Shown here: one piece after another, positions 1 to 12,400 of the stretch
How positions within the stretch are numbered: position 1 is the first letter of the stretch
How the letters are laid out: the number at the start of each line of letters is the position of its first letter
NCBI GenBank assembly: GCA_951406725.2
Contig: OX597824.1
Coordinates: 45,570,001-45,634,000, forward strand
Reading direction: 5' to 3'
Source: Octopus vulgaris
Taxonomy: Eukaryota
DNA: 64,000 bases
Notes under the pieces: generated by a model
Told to the model about the DNA's origin: nothing
The model's database searches: none
The model's input: only the letters and a program-made list of their open reading frames with translations
Position numbers and translations under genes: made by a program

Positions 1-359
1 GATACAACAGTGTAAGACTTTGCTTTGAGATATACTTAGATTGTGATTTCTGCAATGCGGTGCATAAATTGTCAAGTAAAGGACAGGCATCTTTGCTTCC
101 ACTGATTCAGTTGCAAAGTGTTGAGTAAAGATATTTGGTTGCAGACTTTCTTTGAGTCTTTTTATTACCACTGGGTTACAGATAGTCCCCAGATGGTAAC
201 ACTGATTTCAAGGCCTTCCTAGATAAGTGACTGGTTATTCAAAGACATTTATAGATTTCAAATTTATTGTTTAATTACCTATCAGCATAGTGATCAAAGA
301 AATTTGAACAATAGATATAAGACCCAAGTTAAAAAGATTCCCAACAATTCAACTTCTCT

Positions 360-678
360 GGTTGACATTAAGACCCCTGCCCCCAATAGGGGCCTTAACT
401 CCCATATTTTAGAGCTTCATTTTTCAGGGGCAAAAACCTTTCAATACATTCTGTAAGATTTGAATTTTGGAATCTGGGCATAAAGATGAGTAGTATGTCT
501 CATGATTAGAAATTTTGTTAGGGTGTGTAAAGAGAGAAAGAACCCTCATTAAAATTCTTCATCCGCAATTTTGATGAAATTCAAATCATAAGTATTCCAG
601 TTCATTACAGAAAATATAAAAGAAAAATCTAATTCCTCAATTTGATGTGATACAGGCAACGCCAGGTATCTCTGCTAG
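360..678 (+). mobile_element. Degraded non-autonomous Helitron 3' part
   Basis: Ends tacaggcaacgccaggtatctctgCTAG|T (subterminal hairpin plus CTAG), resembling the ends at 21756, 61294 and 62877. 5' limit uncertain. Confidence 0.5.
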
Positions 679-1725
679 TATACACCTAATTTTCTTTATA
701 GATTAATAAAAATAAAAAATACAGCTTAGAATTCATAAAAGATATCTGAAAAATTATACTAGAAAGAGAGTGATGAAAATAAATTGGCAATGAAATTTAA
801 TAATGAAATGAAAAACAACTCAATGAAGAATTCTTTGTTATTGTTGCAGTAACCAAGAAAACAAGTGATTAGATTGTTTTTAATAATCAAAGCAGTAAGA
901 GGTAATCAGGTGCATATTTGGCAGGTCTTTGTGAGGTTATCAGAAAATACACAGCCTAAACAGTTAGCCATACAGCAACTATCATATTTTAAATAAATCA
1001 AGCAAGCTTTCTCTACTCAGCTTATTGAGGTAATATGAGGGAAGGTTAAGACTCACCCACACAAGGGAGCTGTTATTAACTCCAGTATAGAGGAATGAGA
1101 TATATGCAAGTTCCAAAACCAAAGGCCACAATGGGGAAGTTTTGATCAATGTGTAAACCAAAATATTAACTTTGTTAATATTGCAGTATATCAATGAATA
1201 ATTCAACAACTGCAGTTAAATACCATTTAATCTTAAATGCCAACTTGCAGAAAATAGAATACAAATAACTTTTTAGCAAGCATCTGATATTTTATTAAGA
1301 AAGTGCTCAAAAATGATCTTCTGACAACATCACCTAATTGTTGCTGCATGTTGGTGTGTAAGTTAGAAATGGAGGGTACCCAGAGTTGAAATAAAGACCT
1401 GAGATGAACTAGTTAGATCAGATCACTGAATATTGTTGTAGGCTAAGAAACATAAAACAGCAACAAATGAAGTTGCTGAATTGCAGGTACATCCAACCCA
1501 ACCTAACATGGAAAAGTTGGATGATAAAGCATTGATAATGACTAAGCTAAATATTTACAAACAAAAAATAGTGAGAATCCTTGGTTTATATTTTCTATAC
1601 CAATAAGAGTTGAACAGGACAACAAATCTGCATAGCTGTGCATCAATTCCGATAAAGGTCTGCTCAAAATACCATACTTCTACTTTCAGTCAGCCATGGT
1701 GCACTTCTTCCACAAGTCCTATTAA

Positions 1726-2328
1726 CCCTTTCAGACTTGGGCCCCTATATCTAACTTTACCTTCCGCCTGGGCTCATGAGCAAAATATAAATAGTTGCAT
1801 ATACAGCTCAAGAGTAATGACTGCAGGAAAACTAATAGATAGAATTATAAAAAAAATTCAGGAGAATAACAATAATAGGCCTATCTCTCAATTATCATAT
1901 TTGTTCACCCAAATCCTTACTTTTCTTATGACTGTCACCAGTTTGATTATCCAAATCCTTCACGCTGCCAGGGTAAGTGTAAACTCTTTGCCTGAAGAAT
2001 AAATATCATCAATAATTTCCTCAACTGTAAAAAGTTAAGGCCTTGCTCATTTACAAAATGAAGTGCTGGGTTCATCACACGCTTCTTCATCACCAAAAAC
2101 ATTTTATTTTATTTTTTGTATTAAAAACGAAAGTAAACTACAGTTATGGAGGACACCATCAACAATGAGTTATAAATACACTTGACTACAAGGCTGCAAT
2201 GTGATCAATTGTCTAATTTTAATATTTTATCTTCTTTTTCTGTGTTGTTCACTACTGCTTTACCAGGAATACGGCAGAGATGATGTTCAAGCTATTCCTG
2301 CTATAGTGGGGAAACTGGCATGACAGGG
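1726..2328. mobile_element. piggyBac-type internally deleted element (TTAA target site)
   Basis: TTAA|CCCTTTCAGAC at left and GCATGACAGGG|TTAA at right (imperfect TIRs, TTAA on both sides). Minus strand carries an acidic broken peptide (LFTVEEIIDDIYSSG...) like a transposase N-terminus. Confidence 0.55.
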
Positions 2329-2910
2329 TTAATCACTAACTCCCAGTACTTTTTCATTTAGCTTACACTGCCATTTGCACTACATTAACCGATGTAGTCC
2401 TCTCTTTTGCACACATGATAAATCTTCTATGTTGAATGTCTTAAATTCACCTTCCAACATCTTTTCTAAGTTACATTTAAGCACTCATATTCATGACCAT
2501 GCTTAACAGCCATACAACATATCATTAGACTTCTACCATGCCATAGTCTAAGCTTCATAAAGACAGTAAACCTTTCATTCATACAAAGTGTTCTTGAAAC
2601 ACCTTCCAATCTAGCCCTAACTTAAGATCCACCTGATTATAGTAAAACTAGTCTACAACTCATAAGAAATCATTTGAAGAATCCATGGACTTCAGGTTAA
2701 TGCATTCCTTTCTAGTATATTAGAGATTCCACTATATTCTGTTTGACACCTACATCTGTCAGAGTAATGCAAATGGCTGAATTTCTTAAAACTTACAAAA
2801 TGTCTAAGCAACTGCTTTCTCAGTTGGTTGCCTTTCCCACTACTAACCAATAAAACAGATATCCATATGTAAAAAATAACAATCTCAGTTTGATTATTGT
2901 TATTATTAAA

Positions 2911-3115
2911 GCAGCAACCTGGCAGAATCATTAGTATGCTGGGCAAAATGCTTAGTGGCATTTCTTCTGGCTTTATGTTCCAAGTTCAAATGTTGCCAAG
3001 GTCAGCCTTGCCTTTCATCTTCTCAGGGTCAATAAAATCTGTACCCGTTGAAAACTGAAGTCAATGTAACTGACTTCCACACCCATCAAAATTGCTGGTC
3101 TTGGGCCAAAGTAAA
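2911..3115 (+). mobile_element. tRNA-derived SINE, family C (ggc..gagctggcagaatc.ttagc head)
   Basis: A-box/B-box-like head (gttcaaat) and gccttgcctttcatc..ggggtc.ataaaat central block; similar copies at 22738 and 53886. Confidence 0.8.
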
Positions 3116-4468
3116 GATTATTATTAGTTTTTAACTTCATAAACACACCAATTTGTAAAGTTTTCAAGTGCTTTGATACAAAAGGAGTGTTTTCATGTTC
3201 ATAAATGTTGAAATTCATGTTCAGAAATATTGGTGCATTAATTAGAGGCTAGTTTACAGAAATATTTGTTACATAAGCATCCATAACAGATAAAACTTCT
3301 GTTTTTCAACAAATCTATGAACTATTTTCATTAACCACACCTACCTTCTACTTTGGCAGAGGTTGATTCATGAATAAATATTCTGCTTCTATATTCATTC
3401 TCTCAAAATCCATATCCAAAGATTTGGTACACATCAATTAACTCAATTGCCCATGAAGATAAAATATCAGAATAAAACAAAAGGCATATGTACTGGACTT
3501 TAGAATATGCAGTCTAATGGGCACTCAAAATATTGTTCTACTTCTTGATCATACTGGTAAATGCAAGTGTTAGACAAATGAGTGTCATAATTTGTCTGAA
3601 GCTAATGGCTATGAATATGTAATCTCAGCAGAAAATACTAGAGCTTTATTAAAAAATTTAACAGTTATATATGCTGGTTGAAAACCTTGATATGTGTATA
3701 TAGCATTGAAAAGAGTTTTCACATTGAAATAAATAAATCTAAGTTTATATTTTAAACGGTGTCAGCCAAATAACTGTGGATTAAATATAACTATATATCA
3801 GATTAAAACAGTCTCATTTAATTGCTATCTTTTATAAGCACAATAAAAAACAAAATAAATAAGAATATAAAATAGCTTGCAAGAATTAACAGAATCAGTG
3901 ACTAACATGAATGGTATGAAGTGACACTTCAGACAATAGAATCCATTCTATAATGACAAGAATACATAAACTTCAGAGATATGGAGAAGTTCATGCTAAC
4001 TATGATGTTGAATGTAGACATATATTTGATGGAAAACTGTGTATTCAGAACCACATCAATGTATAAATTAATGCAAAATCAATTAAAACAGTATTTTCAT
4101 ACTGTTGTAAAAAGATCTTACATTCAATTACAGTATTTGAAATACAAATGATATTTCTTGACCAAAATATACCCATAAGGTACCTGGACAAGTAACAAAG
4201 GTTTTAAAGAATTCACTGATGCTGCAAAGATTGAATCATTTCATTACTATTCAGATCCTTGTCAAACAAGGAAGTCAAGGTGACAAGAATTGATTTTTCT
4301 ATTCAGTAGCTGAGTTGACATTGGGCTACTCTTGCTTGCATGCTTGTTGAGTGATTACTCTGTATTGTCACTGCAGCAAGCAACAGAACATGCATCAGAA
4401 GTCCTTGGCCTTTCTCAAGTCACATTCTTCAATATATGAAAATTGTGGTAATCACCAACAGAGCATTC

Positions 4469-4837
4469 ACCAGTAGTTAGGGCAGTGGACTTGCAGTTAT
4501 AAGATCGTGGTTTCGATTCCCAGACCGGGTGTTCTAAATATTTATTGAGCAAAAACACCTAAAGCTCCACAAGACTCCAAGAGGGGATGGTGGCGAACCC
4601 TGCTGTATTCTTTCACCACAATTTTCTCTCACTCTTTCTTCCTATTTCTGCTGTACCTGTATTTCAAAGGGCCAGCCTTGTCACTCTCTCTGTCATGCTA
4701 AATCTTCCTGAGAACTACATTAAGGGTACACGTATCTGTGGAGTGCTCAGCCACTTGCATGTTTAATTTCATGAGCAGGCTGTTCTATTGATTGAATCAA
4801 CTGGAACCCTTGTCATTGTAACCGACGGAGTGCCACA
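4469..4837 (+). mobile_element. Octopus OR-type (tRNA-Arg-related) SINE, long-tail form
   Basis: ccagtagttagggcagtggact...ggtttcgattcccagaccggg tRNA-like head; shares ~170 bp 5' part with the copy at 9008, then has a different 3' tail. Confidence 0.75.
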
Positions 4838-4879
4838 AGAGTTTTATTAATTTTAAGTGATGCTTTATGTTTGAGATGT

Positions 4880-6500
4880 CAATTTCATCAGTCGGGTATT
4901 TAATATGACCATAGTGCTAAATAGTATCAATCCTTTAACATGACCAACTTTTGGATCATATTTACTGCATTAAACCATCTATGAAAAACTTCCCCAGTTT
5001 CAAAGAGCCATCAAGGTAAAGACTGTCCTGTTGGCACAAGATAAATAGCCTTTCATTAGGCATCAGGTTAGTTGCAATGCAATAACCTAATCCTAAGGAG
5101 CTTTTATCTAAAATGTGACTTTTTTTTTTTATTTACAGATTCCTTGAATAAAGAACTGTTATAGTTTTCCAAGTTAATAACTGTTAAGTTATTTTACTTG
5201 GCTGTTTCCAGAAGAATGATATGGTGTCCTAGCTTGAACAATGTTCTCTCTAAGATCCTTGATCTGAACAGATTAGAGTTGGAACAACAAACCTGAGTAT
5301 ATTTTGTAGACAGCAAATTACTGTAAGGGCTGTCATATCTGAACAAACAAATATAAATCTTGAGTAATCATTTATAATCACAAACATGAAACAAGAGTTA
5401 AATGATGGCAGAGGAGGACTTTTGAAGTTGATAACGAAACTTAAAAGGTTGTGTGAATTTAGTGTTTGGCATGAAAAAGATGGTAGAATCATGATTTCAA
5501 TTCTGAGAATGTAATACATTCATCACAAGTCTTTAACATTTCTGAATAGATGACAAGTTCTTAGTGCCTTAACAAAGCCACTTCAGAATGACAAGAAGCT
5601 TATGTAAATCTGCAATTTCAAATCTTATAGAGAAACACCTAGTAAGTGCAACACCAGTTGTACTATCTTTATCAGGTTTGTGTGGGATGTCCTAATTGTA
5701 GAGTAATAGGTCAAACCATCAATCAAGAACCTGATTTGTTTTTCTATTTTTCAAACTAAATATGTATCGCTCTTTGAATACAAAGTTTGTTGGTGAGGTC
5801 AATATTTTAAGTTAATATAACATTCTAATTAAGTGAATATGTGAGATGTGACAAGAATATCTATAAATGTCCAGCTTCTGCCAATAATTTAAAGAAAAAT
5901 TCAACTTAGGTTACTCTGGGACCATACCAATTAAAATGATTGTATACATCTGAAGAAAATGAAACAATCTTTAAAATTGGCTACTTTTGCATATGGCAAT
6001 AAATTACTTGAGATACAAGGGCATTTTTCACATGCAGCGAAGATATAATCAACTGAATCTTGCATATAAATTATCCTAATCTTATTAATGACAGAAAGGA
6101 GTGAGAGAGTTTTGAGTTCAACATAATTTGAATTTTGGATAGTGTGGTACAAAACTTTAGGTAATAAAAAAAAACAGAGTTCAATTATATATTAATTGTA
6201 ACACTACAAGTGCTGAAGTGCAAGAATGCACAATACAAAGTTTTTTTTCTGATATCTCTGTTAAATTTGCATTGTATCCTTGATCAAAGTACTTACAGGT
6301 TTTAGATTAATCCAAGTTGGAAATGGGAAGCAACTATCTAGAGAAAGTTTATCTCTTGCCTGACTTTGTTGCTTATGATGCATCTTTGAGCTTTCAACAA
6401 ACCTTAACTTAGATAACTATCATTGGCTATAGTACCTATTACCTTTTTGCAAAGCTCACAAAAGATCACCCAGAATCAGAACAAAATCTTGCAAAAATGT
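4880..6500 (-). mobile_element. Highly degraded Ty3/Gypsy LTR-retrotransposon pol relic (integrase and RT/RNase H region)
   Basis: ORF 5250-5519 reads INFKSPPLPS...FVIINDYSRF...DMTALTVICCL...PTLICSDQGS (integrase D..D core). Downstream TIYHSSGNSQVK*LN..WKTI matches the YHPxGNGQVER motif. Boundaries approximate. Confidence 0.7.
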
Positions 6501-6798
6501 TCTCTAATTGAAAATGTAGATTTTGGCAATTTCAGTTTAAATTATTTGAAACTAGATTTAAGTTACAACTTCAATTGTGAAAAATAACCAGTAAATATTG
6601 AATAACTCCAAATGGAATTAAAATGTCTGGAAAAAAAATTTTAAAAAAGGAATATATAAATTAAAATGATTTTAAAATGTCTAAAACTTAAAAGCCCTTT
6701 ATTTTTTACACCTACTGTATTGTTTACATTTATTTTTCAATATAATAAAGGGTAGGACAAATTTTGTGAATTAGAGTGTGTGTGTGTATATATATATA

Positions 6799-7190
6799 GG
6801 TGCAGGAGTGGCTGTGTGGTAAGAAGCTTGCTTTCCAACCACATGGTTCTGGGTTCATTCTCACTGCGTGACACCTTGGACAAGTGTCTTCTATAGCCTC
6901 AAGCTGACCAAAGCCTTGTGAGTGGATTTGGTAGATGGAAACTGAAAGAAGTCCATCATATATATATATTTGTGTGTGTGTGTGTGTGTGTGTGTGTCTC
7001 TCCACTTTCGCTTAACAACCAATGTTGGTGTGTTTACATTTCTGGAACTTAGTGGTTTGGCAAAAGAGACCAATAGAATAAGTACTAGGCTTACAAAGAA
7101 TAAAACCTGGGGTCAATTTCTTCGACTAAAGGCAGAGCTCCAGCATGGCGCAGTCAAAATGACTGAAACAAGTAAAAGAATAAAAGAATA
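6799..7190 (+). mobile_element. tRNA-derived SINE, family A, full length with internal (TA)n(TG)n
   Basis: ggagtggctgtgtggtaag...gggttcattc head, gtgagtggatttggtagatggaaactgaaagaag block, microsatellite, 3' half ending gactgaaacaagtaaaagaataaaaga; same layout at 23461. Confidence 0.85.
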
Positions 7191-9007
7191 TATGCAACTT
7201 GAGAATTTTTTTTTACAATTCTATGCTCTCCCTGCCACTAGTCTTTCAGCTGCAAATTAGGAATGAGAATTGCAGTGTGATAGGCAGGGTGATTTAAATA
7301 ACTTTCTGCACTTTGATAAGGCACAGAATATATATGATTAGCTTTCAACTTCTGACTTTGGCATCTAAGTATTTAACAGATAAGTATTTTAAATGCATCT
7401 GTTTCTCTACCTATCTCATGTTATGTTGAACATATTCAGTATATAATTGTAAGACCAATAAGGTAAAAAAAAAAAAGTAAAACAATTTGAAAGTATGTAT
7501 TGAGTAAGTGGAACTAATTTCATAGCAGAACCTATTACCAAAATTTAAACATTCAATATAGTGAGTGCAGAAGAAAATGTATTCTGTTAAAGTGGAAGGG
7601 AAAGGAGGGGATTACATTTTAGATGGTGATAATAAAATTGGTTATAGTGATAGTGATGCTGAATATGAGGGAAATGCTGCTGCTACGATGTTGGAGCTGC
7701 TGCTGCTTTTTACGATCATCATGATTGCGTAGTTTGAAAATACTTGACATCATTAATTTTTATTTACAATCCTCAGCCTACTTACTTTCAAATGAGGCTT
7801 CTCTATGGAATTAACCCAGATTGCATCTTTTGAAGTAAGATAGATATTTCACTATACACTTAACAGCTAAAAGGGAACACCTAACTTGTGTCTTGCTACA
7901 GCAAGCCAAAGATCAAGTGAAATACATTTTTAATCAATTCCTAATCTTTATTGCATTGTAGAGAAAAAATACTAGAGATGAAACCAGCAACCTCGATTAC
8001 ACTAACACACTCTGTTCTAGTGCATTAGCTTTTCACATCACTGCCTTCAGCAGGACCTGCTTCAACAGAAATTGCAAAATATCAATGTTGTGAAGTGTCA
8101 TTTATAGATTCTAGATACATAGAGTTTAGTATTCTAAAATTGACTCTTATTAGAAAAAAATAAAGAAATTAAAATGTTGAATCCCAATAAGAAAGAAAAA
8201 TTAAAATCTCTAAACAAGTGCTATTTACTGGAAAGAAAAGACCAAAGATATGCTAAAAAAGTTAAATATAGTAACCATGTTGACCATTTAAGCTATGGCA
8301 AGAATGCTACACCTATCCCATGTTCTCTAAGACAGTTTCCATCATAAGTAATTACTTTCCTTCTTTCAGTCACCATCACTACATTTAATAGTCTCTTCAA
8401 CCCTGTTGCTATTTCATATACTTATCAAACTGTTACACTTTGTCAGGTTTGCTATTTTCCTCTTTCTATTAACTTCTACCTTCATTTCTAGTTTCTCAAT
8501 CCATCTGCCTATATTCTTTATAAGTGTCATCTTTATGCTTTATTTTTTTTTATACCAGCAAGGATATACCTGTATAAAAAGATACTCTGAAATTAACTGA
8601 TACTTAATGAAATCTAAAAGATTATGATATAAAAATACAAGGTTCCATGATAAATTCATTCAGTCTACTCCATCACTGAAGGTATCTAGTAAAGAAATGC
8701 TTTAAAAGTAATAGTATAAAATGCAATATATATAGTTCTGTGTTAACTAAATACCTTTAAAATTTCCTTTGGGTTATCTTTTTGTCTTATAATTTCTATA
8801 TGAAATTATTATTGACAAAACAATATTGCAATATTTTTGAATAACAAAACCAATATAAAGTTGTTTATGTAAAGTCAGCATCCAGAAGTGAAGAATAAAT
8901 GTGAATATATGAGGAAGAGAGAGTTAATCAATTGCCAGTAAATACTTAATATTGGCTTTACCTAGCAATAAAATATAATTCAGAGAAAACAATCAGAATA
9001 TTGTAGA

Positions 9008-9298
9008 GGCGAAATGGCCCAGTGGTTAGGACAGCGGACTCGCAGTTTCGATTCCCAGACCAGGCATTGTGTGTCCTTATTGAGCATAAACACCTAAGGC
9101 TCCACAAGGTTCCGGCAGGGGGTGGTGGTGACCCCTGTTGTACTCTTTTGTCCCAACTTTCTCTCACTCTTTCCTTCCTGTTTCTTGAGTAACGCTGCGA
9201 TGGACTGGTGTCCTGTCCAGCTGGGGGGAACACATACGCCATAGAAACCGGGTCCATGAGCTTGGCTAGGCTTGAAAAGGGCGCATAAATAAAAATAA
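9008..9298 (+). mobile_element. Octopus OR-type SINE, short-tail form
   Basis: ggcgaaatggcccagtggttaggacagcggactcgc..ttcgattccc head shared with the 4469 copy; 3' part aacgctgcgatggactgg...gggcgcataaat differs. Confidence 0.75.
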
Positions 9299-9479
9299 AT
9301 CAGAATATTTCATTGGTAGAGAAAAAAAAGCCCCTTTGAAAACTGAGATAAATTTATTGCTACATCATTAAAGCATAAGTTTCCTTTTACTTTAAATAAA
9401 TAAAGCTGCATACATCTGAAATAAGTTATCAATTATGATATTTGCTCTTCATCAGTTCTCTATCAAAATGTTATGAAAT

Positions 9480-10325
9480 ATCCTTTATCTGGATGCGTAT
9501 GGATGAAGACAGCTGCATAAATAAGGGTTGCATGCTAATTGTGAAAGGAACCTGTGGAAAGGATAGATCCAGGAAGACGTGGAATGAAGTAATGAGAAAT
9601 GATCTTCTGATGTTGAGCCTCAGAAATAACAAGGGACCAAGGTTTCTGGCAATTTGCTGTACTTGAGAAGACAAGTCAAGCTAAATAAAACCACGACCAT
9701 CCATACATACAAGCATGTCCCACCCAACAGAGCCCATCTTCCCAACACCCCCACCACATGCTGCAGGTCTCACCACTCTCTCTTACATACCTATTTACAT
9801 ACTCAATGCACTCATATATCTATCATACCTCACTCCAAGCCACTCAAGTTTCTCTCACCATCACTTGCTACAGTTGTATCTTACCCATCTCTAAACATCT
9901 TCCCTCACACTCTTATGGAATATCCCCCCATCTTGATCATCTCTGTACTACTTATAATTCCCCACCCACTGTTCTCTGTGGGTAGGCCCCAATACATTTC
10001 CAACACCATCTATTTCTCTCTCTTACTCTGGCTGTCACTGACACTATCATACTCCAACCTCTATCCCTTGGTTCCACTTCCTCTCTCAGCTGAGAGGTCT
10101 CTGTCTTGCAAGCTAATTAGCAATCCCATCTGTGCTGGTCTCGGAAAAAAAAACTGTATTGGTGACACATAAAAAGCACACAATACACTCTGTAAAGTAT
10201 ATATATAGTGTAAATAGAAACCATGCCAAAACAGACAACTGGAACCTGGTGCAGCTCTCCAGCTTTTGTCAGACCATCCAACTCATGCCAGCATGGAAAA
10301 CGGATGTTAAATTATGATGATGATC
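9480..10325 (+). mobile_element. 5'-truncated RTE LINE: ORF2 C-terminus, pyrimidine-rich 3'UTR and (GAT)n tail
   Basis: RMDEDSCINKG...GTCGKDRSRKTWNEVMRNDL (RTE C-terminal GRPRKTW-type motif), ~400 bp C/T-rich spacer, then ccaactcatgccagcatggaaaacggatgttaaattatgatgatgat tail. Confidence 0.8.
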
Positions 10326-12029
10326 ACTTAACTCATTCAACCTTCGATCTAACCCTAACTTACTGTTATGGTAAACAAATTATATCTCAAAACCTATTAG
10401 ACATTGTCATTTTCCTCTCATTGCTAAAATATTTTTCTGGTTAAAGATTTTCCAAATTTTCTCTTTTCATGTAAATCATTTCTAGCTAAAGTACAAGTAT
10501 TGAAATCATAAGCTGGGTGATTTGAACATTATACTCTAAAATCATAGTCATATATTTCACCAAAAATACTTATTTTATTTCATGCTGTTAATTTTTTTGG
10601 TAACAAATAAGAAACACAAAAATTAACCCCCTTCAATAAAGATTATTACACTTCCATAATATCAGAAAAATACTTTAAAAATTGTTTCATCTTAATTGCT
10701 TATATAGAGAAATATATTTTTCAAGTAAATATTTCTGACAAATTTAATGGATTTTAATAGAACCACCATATTATCAAACTTCGACTTAATTACTCAATAA
10801 TGCATTTAACATCATATACAAAGGAAAGTATTGTTTTTCGTTTAGCTGCTTATCTCCAAGATAGGAACTATATGATTTCAAAGAATTCAGCTGGAAATTC
10901 TAAATAATTGTAATATTAGGTGCATTTAATAGCTCTGTTCTTTGGCTTCCATGAAGACTTGATTTCAAAACAACTTCATAGGTAAATTTGTACAGCGTAT
11001 ATGTTTACTGATTATACATAATTTCAAACTGGTAGACATTTAAACATTTAACTTTATAACCATTTTGAAAAATAAATTACATGAGTTGACTACTCAGAAA
11101 TGTTATCCACACAAAAAACAATATTTAAGTTAGGGTTAACATATTTCATGTAGTGAGCATCAAAACAGTGAAATAACTAAAAAAAAAACTTACATTAAAA
11201 TAATTACTAACACTATTTTAAACATTTCGGCAAGTACTAGAGACAAGTTGAGGTATATTTGGTCTTATTAGATCATCTAAGTAATGCACAGTACCTTCAT
11301 TGGACTTGTGAAAATAATTAAAATATTAGAAATAGAGCTAATGTCTTTTCTTCACTACATGTGTATGATTATTTTTTTATACATTTTATTAATTTATTTT
11401 TATCATAATTTGATAGCATATAGTGTTAAGGCTGCTGTGTTGTTATAATAATCAAAACTTATATTGAAACATGAAGAAATTCATTTGCTTCTGTTATCCA
11501 TATCAGTTTCCGTGAAGTGTGATATTATATGATGGTCAAACATGGGTAGTAAATGCAGCAGACTGTCAGCTATTGCTAATAGATGACTCAAGTATAGTCT
11601 ATTAACTTACAAGTATAATTGAACACAAGTAAGTTGTGAAAGCAAGTGGGCATTAAAAGCAATTGATAATGTATGCGAAAATAATGAATACACAAGTATG
11701 AGTATCTGATATGGAGAATAGATGATACTACATCTTAAATGTAAAAGTATCATGACAAAAGTAGGCCAGCAACACATAGGATCGGGGTGGTCAGAAGTTA
11801 CAGGACAATGTTGGGATTCACAAATGGGAAAACAAGATTAACAAAAATTTAAAGCTGCTGTACTGAAGACCTATCAACCAATTTGTTTTAAAACAATCAT
11901 TACAACTATTTAGTCATCATATTTTAAAAGATGAATAAATAAAATTTCACTGGATGGCATTTCCTTTATAATTTGTTTACCTCCATTATGGCAGTAGGAA
12001 ATTAGAATCCTCATACATCCATTTTACCT

Positions 12030-12400
12030 TGCTTGCTTGCTTGCTTGGGGTGGACAGGGCTTTTCCAGCACAGTGTTTGGCTACTTATAGCAGTCTTTTG
12101 TTGTCACCTTGATGAGGTGTAGCCCCACCTATTTCTTTAGTTTTCCTCTTCTGCAGATTTCTCCCACTTGGATTAATTGACATTCTTCACCCAACTGTCA
12201 TCTTCTTGTACATAATCCTTTCTGACACTACATCTGATTCTTCTTATACCCAGTTTTTCTCTCAGTTCATACTTTGTTCTTAATGCAAACTAACATTATA
12301 CATCCAGTAGAGCATGCTCACTTCTTTTCTTTCCAGCCTACACAAACCCTCTGCATTCAATGCCTATGTATCTCTACCATGCAATGTCATGTCAAGTATA
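12030..12400 (-). mobile_element. Degraded RTE LINE 3' fragment
   Basis: Minus strand resembles the EDDSWVK...ICRRGK.KK RTE C-terminal region, ending near a (GCAA)n run. Confidence 0.45.

Noticed and set aside
9008-9070. tRNA gene candidates (also 4469, 6799, 16502, 22738)
   Set aside because: tRNA-like heads continue into SINE bodies and lack complete cloverleafs.
9654-10172. 172-aa ORF, and similar ORFs at 1610, 38585, 50287, 55605, 56171
   Set aside because: Low-complexity spacer or antisense frames of transposons; no protein motifs.
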